Shown piece by piece: positions 21,359-34,549 of a stretch of 52,188 bases of DNA. The stretch comes from Catajapyx aquilonaris (taxonomy: Eukaryota), in NCBI GenBank assembly GCA_000934665.2, contig JYFJ02002706.1, forward strand, positions 1 to 52,188, in the 5' to 3' direction. Position 1 is the first letter of the stretch; every line of letters starts with the position of its first letter. Below the pieces are notes generated by a model. That model searched no databases, was not told the origin of the DNA, and was given only the letters and a program-made list of their open reading frames with translations. The translations under genes were made by a program, and so were the position numbers.

Positions 21359-24300
21359 TATTCAGGGTTATCTGGTTACGGGGATCGATCCGGGGTGGCT
21401 TTGGTGTGAGCTTCCGGGCAAGATTTATCGCGTGTGTCACTACCTGATGCAATGTTTCACATGGGAAATGATCCCGGTGGAGGATGATCGATCTGCGTCT
21501 CCTGGCTGGTCATAAATGCATTGCCTCCAGAGAATATTATCCGGGGCTCTGTTTACGCGTAATGGCAACACTATACGCTGGCTTTCAATAGCTGCGGGGA
21601 TAAATAGTTTTTAGGATTACGTCTTTCCAGACGTTCCAGGCCTGGTATTTGCGCAGTTTTGTTGCTTGAAGGACTCTGTGTTTATATAGCGCCTCTTGGA
21701 ACGACCGTCCTGAAAAAATAGTTCTCATTCTTTGTTAGAACCTTCTGGCTTGAGCCGAGAGCTTGCTGAATATTCATTATGGAAGATAAACGCTGTCACG
21801 TACCTGCTTCTTGCAGGGTCCACATCCCGCAGGCGAAGTCGTCCACCATTTCAAATTAGAGGTAACATAAGCATTCTGCAGCCCATGTTTTGCTTTCCAG
21901 CTCCAGAATTAATTGGTAAATTTTACGAGTTCTAAAACATATTTATTTTCAGTCCACACTATTTTTTTTGGACATATTCTGAATGGTTTCATGAACTCTA
22001 TAGTGTTGCCTACACAGTACTTTGTAGTAGGCGCTAATGGCCCCCATTTTCCAATCAAGTGTTTGGAGTCGTAGTAACACCACAGGATTGCACTTAATTT
22101 CACGAGCCTCAGCACTGGGACCGCCAGACAACTATACAACTGATGGATGAAAAGAAGGGGCCAGAATATGATACCGCGTAAGTTACGATCTCGCACCATT
22201 ATAAAGGGCATGCCGCCCAACTTGAGGGCTGCCAAAAACGCAAACACTTTAATAAGAAAATTTCAGGCCCGCCGATTATATTGCCTGGGTATATAAGAGC
22301 TGGAGGTGCTGTGCTGTTCCGGAGTTATTAAAATTCCTGGGGAGATTTAGTTATGGCACCCATGTGCCTTGAAGGGGGGGGGGGGAGCGAGAAATAACGA
22401 ACGAGGGAAGTCTCGCCCGATTTAGAAATGCTGGATGGGAGAGGATGATGGGGAAAAAAGGAGGCGGCACAATCTTGCACCTAACATAAGCGCGGTCTGA
22501 GATTAAAAACCAAATTGGGGTATAAGGGACCCCCACCGAAACACGAATCAATATTGGTCACAGCGTGACTCCCTTTGCACATCTGATTCAATTATGGGCT
22601 CCCTCAATACTATTTTGTGTGTGTGTGTGTTCAAAGTAACTTGTTCTAAAAAAAAATTAATTAACCGAGTGACACTCGAATTTCATGGCTTCCCAGTTCT
22701 AAACTTCTGGAAAAGCCCCGGGCGTTAAATGTTTGCGAGAGTACTTTACCCGGAATGAACTGATAAGCAATTATGGACATTATTTTTTTAAAGTTGATGA
22801 GTTTAATGAACTGAACTGGCTGCATCAGCACGGAAAACTTAGATGATGATGCGTCAAGTGAGTCACCGTTTTTGACATTTTTGGGATCAAAGATTGATCC
22901 ATTTTGTAAACGACATTATGTCAATCACATTTCCTATAATAGGGGGTAGACATAAGTATATTCTCAATAGTGGCTTACAAAATAATACTGTATGTGTCAC
23001 AACATATGACATTGCCTAATTCCTATAATAATTCAATTTAAGACACAGCCGGCTCTATATAGGAAGAACGTGACGCCCATACTATGATTGTGACGCTTTT
23101 AAGTAACGTCTGCAGACTTACAATGAGGCGAGTGTAAATGCTGAATTTACCTCGGTTTTAATGATTGCTGAGTTGCACCAAAAAAGGTTGACAATCCATG
23201 CTGAGAAGTAGCAGGGTGCTTATTCGCAAAGTTGGTAGCTCAGTTTTTCTCTCTGCATTTTGACATTCTCACGTCCCTTCCGTTTCCTCCTCCCCTCTCG
23301 AGGTTTTCCTGTTAAAATGACTAAAAGCAAGGGTTGCCATAGTGAACTTGTTTTTATTAGCCTCATTTTGCGTTGCAAAACATTGCGACCTAGAGGGGAG
23401 AAGCGACGAGGGGGGAATTTTCAACTCTGCGAAAACTAAGGGAAACGTGCTGTTTTGGTATATTTGCACTCAGCACAATGTAACACCCGGTGTTGCTATG
23501 TGACATCCACGCAAAAGTCTCTCAACCATTTTTTAAATAATCTTTACTGCATATACATTCGTAGGACTTGCAGCCAAGCATTTTCAATAAAACCTAGTGA
23601 AATGAATTGCAGGAGAGATTTTTAAAAAAGCAGGTCAAAAGGATTTGGATTTTTAGAAGTTTGAGTTTGAGCTCCCCGTTGACGTGATTGAGGAGAATCC
23701 CTGTGTGTGAGTTTCTATGCGCCTGAAGCCTTGACGTTTGATAAAATCCGCGTCCCTCCATTTCAGACAGTATGTTAATTAAATGTAAATGTAATGTCAC
23801 TGACATGTTGTCTCGAGAGCAGGGGTGTCTGTAAGTAATGGCAACGAGGTTTATATTGACATGCCGCCAAAGCAGACGGATTATACTGACACTTTGATTC
23901 AAGCACGTTACTTTTACGTAAGAGTGTTGATGGCCGCACAACAGTAGCCATTAATACCCTTTCCAGCAATTGAAAAAAAAATGTCCCATGTTTTTTTGCA
24001 ATTTTTGTAACGATTTGCTGGAATACCAAAAAAATCCATAATAATTTCTCTGTGGTTGATTGATTTTTTTTTGAGACATTTTGCACTGTATATCACACCA
24101 TGTCCTCATAACCCACCAAAATTCGCTGCCTTCCCCGAAAGTTCACGTATACACTTTGTACACCGGTGATTTAGCGGCTCATTTAATTTTTCTCACCCAG
24201 TTTCATTACTCACTCAGTGTCTCTGCCTCATTGCTTGCGACCCCGAACGTCTCCCGGTAACACAAAGCGGGCTTATCCGGCAACTTTCCAGTGAATGGCT

Positions 24301-27300
24301 AGCGCCTCTTGGCTGAGCCCATGAAAAGCCATTGAATGAAAAGGCGCCCCCCCCCACCCCCCCAACACGAGAAGTACGTTAATTAGCGCGGGGTCCCGAG
24401 AGTCTTGAATCGGTCAGGATCCGAGGAAGTGGTTGGGTGTCGAAAATGCCCGGTTGGTAGGGGTCTGCCTTTTTTTTTTTCTTCTTCGGATGCATAATTC
24501 ATGGTGTCGCGAGTAGGGGCCAAAGGGAGCTGCAACTGGACGAACGACCATTTTAACTGGTGTCCACCAACCGCATTAGGTTGCGCCACAGCTGATTTCA
24601 CATTCCTGTCCCGATGGGGGGGATGCCTTTAAAAATTCTAGGCAGCTGGTGATTGGATCCGTCTTATGTGTACCTGTCCTCATGAATGTGGCACGAGATA
24701 GACGGAAAGTGCGAGTTTTTGATATACACCTGACGGATTAAGCCGGTCTGGTGGCGCGGGATTACTGTGGGGGACGTTTCCGTGTCATGGAGGGTATGTA
24801 ATGACGCAATTTAAGGGATGTCGTGGGGAAATTGCATATAGGGCTATAGGTGCATGAGTTGCATGTTGCAAAAGGGCCTGGTTGTATATAGGTCCTCGTG
24901 TTGTGATTACTGAAATATTGCAGAGGAGGGCTGCCTCGTTTGGAGTATTTTGCTCCATGCATTTTATTGATGCGATACCTTTGCTGTAGGCTACCTGCCA
25001 ACATTTCCATTGCTAGCTGATAGTAGCGTGCGCTGATTAGTGATTAGTGAATTCATCTGTGTTCACACTCTTTCCAGGGCAATTAGTTGTTTTTTGGTGG
25101 GAACCGGTGCGCGTAATGGATGCTGATATGTTCCTTATAGCGCTGTGCAGCATCTAGTTTTGTGAGAGAACGCCTCGTGGCATTAATGTATTCAAGTCGT
25201 ATAAGAGCAGCAGTCTACGGATTCATGCCGTAAATTCCGGCAGTGTACAGCTATAGTGCCATATTACATGTGCATTGTTAATCGGGGGTAGGTTCAGCTG
25301 CTGGAGCGAGCAGATATATTCCAACGTCACTTTGCAGAGTATTACTCCAAAGCCAAAGATTATATGCACAGCGATTGATGGCGGAAAAAGAGGCTGTAAT
25401 CCTATGGTCATGTGGCTATCAGTTTCGAGCAGATGAATGGATAAAGTGAGTACGTGACTCTGCATTTCTTCGACAGCTTGTTACGCAACCGGCGCATAGT
25501 AAACACTATAGCAACACAAAACAAGGTTTAAAAAGCTGCCAAAGAATTTTTTTAAACGGCATATCTTTTCCAACTTTGTTGTTGGTTCGTATCAAACTCT
25601 GTGCAGTATGCGGATGATGCATATTTCAAAATTACGCAAACATGATCCTTGTTAGCACTTTACTGTCCTGGCTAATAAAAGCCACGAAATCCTCCCTATG
25701 TGCTATGCAGTCCTGCAGTGTAATTGGCCCATAACTAAAGGGCACAGGCCCCAGTTTATTTGAGGCCAACGACTGCCATTCCTCTATAAAGGCGCGGCTC
25801 ATCTCTCGTGCTGCCTGGGAAATTGAAGGTATATAAGACGGATCCTCCATCCGACTAATAATTGATGGCGTTCCAAATTCGATTTTAATAAAAAGGTGGA
25901 AGGAAGTCCGGACGTAAAGGCACGGCAGGTTCCCGACCTACGATATTGAGCTCTTGGCCTATCTAGGAAAACTATTGGATTAACGTCGTGAAATATGCCT
26001 CCACTTATAAGAAAATCAATGCGGACAACGTGGTATGTATGATGGGATATGACGTAAAATATTTGAAATTTTTTTATCATATTAGACTGTACCGGCTGAG
26101 AGAGGACAATGCACTGCTCATGTTTTTTCTCCGTCGAGTTTCGTTGCAGTTTAATCCAACAGATTTCTTTTCTGGGTTGTGCAACATGAAGCCGTAAAAA
26201 AAACGGGACAGACGAGAGAAAAGATGAAATAATAGCCGAGCGTAAAGATTTTTACGTCGTTTTTATCATGAGTAGTGGACCATTAATGGCCCCGCTGTCG
26301 CGTTGAATGTACGGATTCAACGACAAATGTTACTATATTCGGCCGTCCAGGCGATCGAACTCTGGGGCGGAATAAAAAGCAGAACCCATCGACTCCCTTG
26401 AATACTGACAAAAATTTATAGTACTTCGACGCAAAAAAACAACTTTTTTGCAAAATATTGTTTGTTTATGTGTAGACAGCCACGCCGGATATAAATATAT
26501 CATTGGACGCAAGTGGTGCGGAAATAATGTCCAGAATTTTCAAGATGCTTCTCGAAATGTGATAAAAACAACGCAGCAGCTTTTCTTTTGCCTTCGAGTC
26601 GTAAAGGCTATTACTTTTCCCCAGCCATTTTATGAATGGAAAACTTCAGAAAAACGCAACTCGCATCATGTTGCAGCTCACATCTCTCTCACAACTGTTG
26701 CCTCGACAGCTTCTCTTTTTTTTGAACCGAATGGGCCTGGTGAATTTAATAAAGCGGACGCGATCTTTCAGAGAAAAGAATCGCTCTCACTGGCAAAGCG
26801 GATCGACACCAATGTCTATAGTTTTAAAAAACTGATGCCCCTTTAAAAATAATGTAATATCGTATAGGCATACTACAGAACTCGTCCAGTTTTGTCGGAT
26901 TTGAGTTATTTTAACTATCAAGTCGCATTTTTTACTTCTATTCTATTGCTGATTCATACTGAGCCCATAGACCTTAGAGCGTCTAAGGTCTATGACTGAG
27001 CCACCAGGAAGCCAGGATTTTCTGCCTTCACTTTTGGATTATCTTGTTTTTTATTTTGTAGATTTTTCTTGCATGCACACGATATGTAGGGGGGATTGAA
27101 GGTGATATCAACCTCCCCTCTCATGCTACACTCCCCTCTCCAGCACCAGCACCCACCAAAAGACATAAAAAAGAACTCCTGGTTTCCGTCACCAATCTTG
27201 GACCATGCTGGGGTCGTGCACAAAACCCTGTGCCACCTACATTAAGGCATTGTCGGCTTGACGCGAATCGATTTCCACGTCTCCATAACACACGTAAATT

Positions 27301-30300
27301 GGTTATTCCGCCTTGCCTCCCCTCTCCCCTCTCCCCTTCCTTCCTTCCCCCCCTTCTCTATACTTCTCTCTGGCAGAGTTGCCAAAGTGTTGTCTGTAAA
27401 CCGGGGCGGTTTTGTCCAGCCACTGCAGAAATTAAAACTTGGGGAGTAATTGGAGCGTTTTATGAGAGAGGGGGGGGGGAGAGAGAGAGAGGTTTTAGAG
27501 CNCGGGGGGAAGCTGGAGTAACGGACGATCAATGTTCTGGAGAAGTTGAGAGAAACTGGAGAAAAGTGAGTGACGCCCACAGAGTTTGTGCTGCTGAATG
27601 AAAGGGGGGGAGGAGACGATGAAAGAACAGCCTAGAGAGGATGGATATATACGCTGCAAATGTTCCGTGATTCCGCTTAGTCACATGTGGGGAAGATCAG
27701 TCATGGTTGGTACAACTTTGTTTGGAATGGGACTATACCACGCGTCTTTGTGTGACATCAAAAATAGCAGGGTGGGCATTGTGTGAAGCTCGTTTGTCAA
27801 CAGTATATAGGGAACGGGGTGGAGGATAAAGAAGAAAAAAAAATCAGTGGCATCGAGCCACGTATTTACGGAAAGGAAATTGAAGGGTGGCATCGCGAAA
27901 GTTCGTCGTGATGCACTTTCTCTGTAAACTATTATATTCTGATATTCAAAAGGAGCACGACAAACGGCATTGTGTGAATTCTTGTAACATACGGCATCAC
28001 ATAAAGTGGGTATATGTTTAGTAATGCTGTTACCCTCGTAGCTTTCGGGTGACATCACGACAGAGTAATGATTACGTCATTCTTCTTTTGAATTATTAAC
28101 AGTGACAGGGGTCCAGATGAATGGTCCCTTTTTCTGGGACTCTTTACCTCATTATGGTGTGGGTTAGGTGAACCCATGGGAAGCATTTTAATAATAAATA
28201 ACCAGTAGGCCCATTTTTCACATTTGTTACACTCTCACTTAGGTTAATTAATAACGAATTTGTTGACTTAACTGACAATTATAAACAACTGTAGTATGTG
28301 ATGTGTAACTAAGGTTCAGTCCACACACACACACAATTATATATAAAAAATCACATCCGTGCATTATTCCGCAGTATTCAAATAATAAAATAAACTCGCA
28401 GTTCTGTCAACTGATGTAAGTTTAATTTGTGTGCATTACGTCAGTGAAGCATACAGATTATTTGCTCACTCCAAACCACCCCAGCAGGCTTGCTCATGCG
28501 GTTATGTGGGGTAACTAACTGCAACGCTAGCAAAGTGCTACATGGGTTCAGGAAACATAAATGTTTTCGTCTCACGTATTCGGTCCCTATATACCAAACC
28601 GCCTCCCCCCCCCCCACTCCGTCCCCCTCTCTTGCAACGTGATCTGATAATTCAAATATACTGCAAAGTTGATGACAACATGGCAACATGCTTTTCCAGA
28701 ATGTCAAGAGGAGGGGGGAGGGGGAAGGGAAGTCCACGAGGACCTTCATTTCACTTTCTGCTTTTGCAAGTGAAGAGCTCACGGCATTGAACCCCCCCTC
28801 CCCACATTCCGTATAATTTGGAGTGAGGAGGGGAACCGGATTTATCGACTTTTGTTGCCCGACGCCTTTTATGTAACTCTGAATTCAGAATATAATATGT
28901 ATAGAGTGCAAGCGTGCGGTAAAGCTGCTGTGACAATGAAGGGTCTGCGAGTAATTATCATGCTGGAAGCAGAATAGAAACATTTTTATGAGACTGTCAC
29001 ATGCTCTGTATAACGGTTTGATAATTGCATTGTGGCATGCTTTATTTTTGCAGAGAGACGTAAATTCAACCAGCGCTGACGGGGATTTCCCTGCCTGTAC
29101 AGTGAGTATTTTATGCAGCATGGTTGTTATACTTCTAATGATGATGTGTGTGCTACAGTATACATGCCCCGAGTAAATTGTAGCAGGGATATGTGTCTGC
29201 TGGGGATAAGCAATGTGATTTATAGTACTGCGTGTAGTTAGAAACCTCGAGCTAGTTACTCTCATACCCTGTACAGTGTGCGGTTGTTCTCCCCAGTCCT
29301 CAGGGGAATAAGTTACGGATTGTTTACTTCAGTTTAAAGAGACGCAACCGTACTGCAGAAGCAATTGTGGTGATTGCTGCTGATGGAACAACCCATATCT
29401 TTACCACCTGACTTGAACTGTGCATTGAACACTGCATCACCCTGTACACAGCCTCAGGTGAAACGTTACCAATGCAAGGCCTTCAATGGCCCCTGGGATT
29501 TTCCAGGGGCTTACATCCTTCAGACAATACCTCCACCTTGATTCTTGGCCTGGCTTTAGTCAAAGTGATTCCAGAAAATATTAATACCCCCCATTTCGGC
29601 AGCACAGGAGAAGGTGGGAAGAACAAAAGCGAATGAGGCTGCTTGAAGACAGGCGACGGTAATGAAGTCCTAGTAACGACCACATTTCGTCAAGCAGTAA
29701 AACGGGTGTTATTCAAGTAATTATGAAGCAGTGGCTGCCGCTACAGATCTTGGATGACGCGACAAAAGGCGAGGGAATCGCAGTTTTAATTGGATCTTCA
29801 GGCGGACGTGTGCGGTTTCTTACGTTGAACCCGTCCTGGATGCTGCTGCCTTCACCTCAGATTTTTTTTACGACCTGACGAAGCAGACGGCTTGAGATGC
29901 AGTTCTTCATTTACTGAATAATGAAAAGTGAGGCCCTGGCGTATAATACAGCAGTAAGTTGCAGCAGGCCGATTGTTACAATGTTATATGCGTTGTCAGC
30001 AAATAAAAAGCCAGCCCAGTGTGAACTACAGAGCTTTATACCTCATCTTGTAGCAGGAAATGTTCAATGTGTCTTTACAACCGGGATAAAAAGTAGAAAA
30101 TGCTAACCTTGCGACTCTGTCCAGAGTTTACCGGAAGGCTTATTCATTCCAAGACGCTGTTTGACACCGGATAAATTCCTGATATACCCTCCCAGAAACT
30201 TGAACCCCGGACAAAAAAACCATCTCCGCATCGTCTTGGGAGGTCGTTGGCAGTATTGCGGCTGAAAGGCAAAGTATAAAGCGAAGGCAAGCAGCATCCG

Positions 30301-31480
30301 AGGCCCGTTGTGTGCGGTTTTGGCATCGCCTAGAGAAGCTCGCTGGCAAACTGAGGCTGCAAGTGACATCCTCCTGGGAGGATCTCCGTGGTATGCTCGA
30401 CCAATTCCGTGCAGCATCTATTTTTTTGTCCCACCCGCCCGGTTCCTTCGCAAAAACCCGCGACAAAATCCGCCCGCTAAAGAAGTGCATTAGAGTGCAT
30501 GGTAGGGTGTTTGGAGGGCATCCCGTAATTTTACACCACCACCGCACCTCTCGCGGAAAAGCCCGGGTTAGGTCCGTCATCTCTCTCCAGCTCTCTCTGT
30601 GTGTGTGAGGCCCCAGTTATGGGCCTGGGAGGCGTTGCGAATTATCGATCCCCACTGTTTTTACAGCTCCCCAGCAAATTCGAACCATATTTCCCCTGCT
30701 GCAGCCCTGCAGGGTCCAGGGGGTGTTAAGGGCAGAACCATTTTCCGTGCGTGCCCCTCTTCCGCGTGTCCATAGCTCTTATCTTCCCCTCTTGTTGCCT
30801 ATAGGCCTTATCTGCCCCCCCCTTATGAGTTAAACACGGTGTCGTGTCACCCTCCCCGAAAATCGGTAGTTAGGACAATTTTGTGTGGTGCCCTCTGGAT
30901 TGCAAGCAAACAGGGCTCAGAAACTCTGCGGTGATGTGATATCTGGAGAAATGTGCGCCTGAGGCTATATCATCGTACAAAATTGGGCACTCTACCGGTT
31001 GAATTTCCACATTTTCATCCAGAATAGGAATCATGAAAATCCTTCCGGGGAATGGGCTCCCCCCGCCCCTATAAGTAAGGCAGTGATTCTCATGGGGAGG
31101 GAAGGAAATGAAATTTCCCTGTCAAGCTTCCTTCCCATTTCCATCCCAGGGAATTATCATGTGCCAATTCCTGCGCTTTCAAGCGACTGTAACACAATTA
31201 ATTAATAGACCCGAACTCCCTCCACCAACCGCCCCACCCATTCTACTATCCGCCCCTGTTTCATATTTATAGCCACTGATTTTGACGGGCTCTCTCCTGC
31301 GGGAAAACTGACGTTCATCCTGCGGTTTGTGCAACCTGCTGAGCACCCAAACATTCGGGTAGCATGCATGCCAGGATGATGTGTTAATAGCTCGGTGTAT
31401 ACAGATCAACCGATGTGTACCATAAAATATATGTATTTGTTGTTTTCCTTATACATTCTTTTTTAAAATTTATAAACATT

Positions 31481-34400
31481 TTACTCCATATTGTCCGAAG
31501 GCGGCAAGTTCCTCTTCACTGGTCTGATACACCGCGTGCCAGACTGTTGCGCTCGCAGGCTGAGACACACGTAACAATCGGTTTGTTCTTCCCTGGACGG
31601 TCCTGCTGGAGCTTTGTAAGGTTCGTCGCGATCCGTGTGAGTCGCGGACGTCGATCGGACCTTCGACGAGGATCTTCTGGCTGTCGGCGTCACAGGGGCT
31701 GACGACGACGGCGTACGCCGTGGAGGTGTTTGCGGGCGCACCGTCATGTGCGGCAGCGGGCTCTTCGGTGTTTGCAATGTTCCGGGTACCGTCGCAGGGT
31801 TGATGAGCGTCAAGGAGACGACATTGGACGAGTTCGGAGTGGACGCTGGAGACTGTGCTTGCGAGTTGTAGTTGAAGATGGATGAGGCAGCTATGGCCAG
31901 AGCTCGAAGCGACGTCGGCGACGGCACTGGGGTGGCGTCCGTGTCTTCGGAGGTGATTTCCTCGGTTGAGACAGCGTGGCTGGAATGTCTTTCGTCATAG
32001 AAGGACAACTTTGACCCGTCGCTCGGAGTGGCGCTCTGCGTCAGGAGCGTGTCCAGGCTGCTGCTGTCGCTGACCGGTGTCCTCGCTTGTCGTCTTTGTG
32101 CCGAAGAGGTCGAGGGCATTTGGGTCATTGATATAGGCGTTGACATGCTTAGAGGGCTGCTACTAACTTCCTGTTCATCCGCTTCTTCTTCATCAAATGT
32201 TGATGTGTTCTGCTATCAGAATAATCAGGATCAAAGCGAGAAAACTGGATTATGCTATGGGTTCATTTATTTTAAATTCATTCATTTAAAAATAGCCATA
32301 ATACACATTGAAATAATTATGCAGAGGAAGAAGTTACATGCAAGTACACTCGCATGTTCATTTTTATTAACTTGTTAAATTTGGTTTAAAATCTTGCAAA
32401 GTATTCATACAGGCAGACGTATAGTGGAGGGGAGTATTTTTTATAGACATGTATGTCCCTCCTAAGATTGATCACGAGCAACTGCATCAGTACTTGCCGT
32501 TTCCGCCACGACACTGGTTCCACTCTCTGGAGTCCTGAGCCTTCCTCTGCTCGCCACTCTGTACTGCAGGTCGGAGTCATCGGTTGTCGTGCTGAAGTCG
32601 TCGTCGCAGGAAACAGATGAAGACTCGCTGAACAGCATTTTTGAGGCACCCACTCTCCCTGCGACGACCCCTCTCTGCGGGACTGACTGAAACGTACCCT
32701 GAACGTGATGATGCCCTTCCTCGGGTCCTAGGATCCCGTCGAATATTTTATTGTGGTGGTAGCATATGTACGTGAGGAGACACACGAAATTCTCGCTCTC
32801 CCTGACCGATGGCTTCTGAAAAGATCAGCCAGACGATAGTCCACATATTGTACAAGCACGCCCTATAATCTGAGATGTGTCACAAGCCCTCGTCATGAAA
32901 TTACCTCCACTCACCTTCTGAAGAAGGAACGTGCCCGAAGACATCCTCCGCACTAATGCGGGCGCGAAGAAACGGACCAAGTTGTCCAGCCTTTCCGGAA
33001 TGATCTGGCGCGATTTGGGAGGACACGAAATGTCCCTTATCATAGCCATGATGCCGCGGAAGAAAAGCTGCGCCTGCGGACTCAGCAGCTGCAAATCTCT
33101 GCGAAAGGACAAGAAACGGCATCTGGATCGGTAATATTTCAGCCCCAAAGCATCTGGCTTACTCTATCATGTCTTCCCGGATCCAGCATGGCATCTCCTC
33201 TTGCCACGAGCCTCCAGTCATGCACACCCTGGACCTCTGGGCATGTTCCTTCCAGGCTTCGTACATGTCGAAGGTCTTCTTTTTCCCCTTGAGCGCCAGG
33301 TATCCTCCCAGCACTGGCACAGGCAGCTTCTTGCAGAAGTTTCGCAAGACGAAAAGGATGGTGGCCGGAAAGAAGTTGTCCAGGACGTCCTCCAGGGCCT
33401 TGTCCAAAGGGATACCGGACTGCAGGATGGTCTTGAGCACCGCCTTGTCCTCCTGGCATGACTTGCAGTCGACGCCCACCAGAGGATTGGACAGGAGCCT
33501 GGCCCTTTTGGAGGTGTATCGGAAGAGGATCTGCGTTGGTGAAAAACCGATGATGCGATGCATCGGTTGTGTATAGGGGGGACATTGTGATAAATTGAGA
33601 GGTTTGCCTTACGTTAAGCGTTGGATCCAGTTCATGTCTGCCGTAGATATCTTCTAATTTGACACCGAACTGAAACCTGCAAAGAAAAGATCAAAATGAA
33701 AAAGTGCACCCAAAAAAAAACACTTGTTATATTTTAGAGTTTTAGACGATAGATGTGCTTGACGCCAGCGAGCCTGTTAATCCTTATCCTGTTGATGAAA
33801 GTGCACCACTTTTAGGATTAAGGTTTCATGGGATTTTTTTAAAAGGGCGAAATTGCCCCTTTAGTTTATTTCAGCAAATTCGATTCCACTAAGGCGATAA
33901 TCACATGCTAATTTCAGTTTTGGAAACAATATTTAATCCTGCTAGTTATGCCACCCACCATCCATCCCGGCTGGCCGAGTCCCTTAACCCGCAGGATATT
34001 TTCTGACATTTGCTGAGAAAGCGAAACAAAAGTTAGCATGGGATTATCGTCGTAAAGTAGACACAATCTCATAAATAAACTCTATAGAGAAATACAGTAC
34101 TCAAAATTCACAAAGGAGCTAATCCGATAGGGCAGGCAGGCTAGAAATTATTATGCGAAAATTCATTTCTCTTAATTGAATCATTTGGGACAATTTATTT
34201 TTGAATAATTGACGGAGTGACTCATTTAACTCGAAGGCTTCGTGTTCTTTAACCTCGTTATTATTATTACACTACGCCTAAGTCTGGCTTATGGAACACT
34301 GCGACGGATCAAAGCGCAAACTTTACCCGAGATGCATATAAGAAGTAGCTCCGTAAAATAATTACGCTTATAACTCACTTGCAGATTACGATGAAAAATT

Positions 34401-34549
34401 TATTAAAAATTCATTTAGAGCACGTGCTCGTTGCAATGCTGTAGAAATTACAATGCGTCAGTTCCTTCATTGTTATACACTGTTATAGATACTGACCTAT
34501 TTTTCACAAGACATGGGTCCGAGACCTGAGATCTCATGCAAAACGCCAT
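31481..34549 (-). CDS. Highly divergent RhoGAP-domain protein (~580 aa) with Ser/Thr/Pro-rich tail; probable pseudo-GAP
   Basis: Exons 34549-34497, 33676-33613, 33530-33163, 33122-32915, 32815-32498, 32212(or 32209)-31481; all phases join (2,0,2,0,0), start gccATGG. Spliced protein: MAFCMRSQVSDPCLVKNRFQFGVKLEDIYGRHELDPTLNILFRYTSKRARLLSNPLVG..ATILFVLRNFCKKLPVPVL..LQLLSPQAQLFFRGIMAMIRDIS..LDNLVRFFAPALVR..NFVCLLTYICYHHNKIF. This follows the RhoGAP motif order FGVxL / LKxFLRELPEPL / LPxxN / NLAxVFGPxL / LIxHxxxIF. Joining the last exon needs a GC donor. Confidence 0.75.
33778..34125. promoter_or_regulatory. Cluster of five TAATCC (K50 homeodomain) sites; candidate enhancer
   Basis: TAATCC/GGATTA at 33778, 33815, 33934, 34041 and 34120, within intron 1 of the divergent RhoGAP gene. 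Confidence 0.4.

Noticed and set aside
24655..25850. GGATCCGTCTTAT present in inverted orientation near 24655 and 25835
   Set aside because: A 13-bp match is expected by chance in a 52-kb window and the flanks do not extend convincingly.
27230..27601. Overlapping ORFs over pyrimidine and purine tracts, with an N at 27502
   Set aside because: Low-complexity sequence producing Pro/Gly/Glu-rich artefacts; the local base call is uncertain.
30103..30608. Several overlapping 60-146 aa ORFs on both strands
   Set aside because: GC-rich patch with no identifiable domain or consistent splice structure; any LINE-like resemblance is too weak to support.
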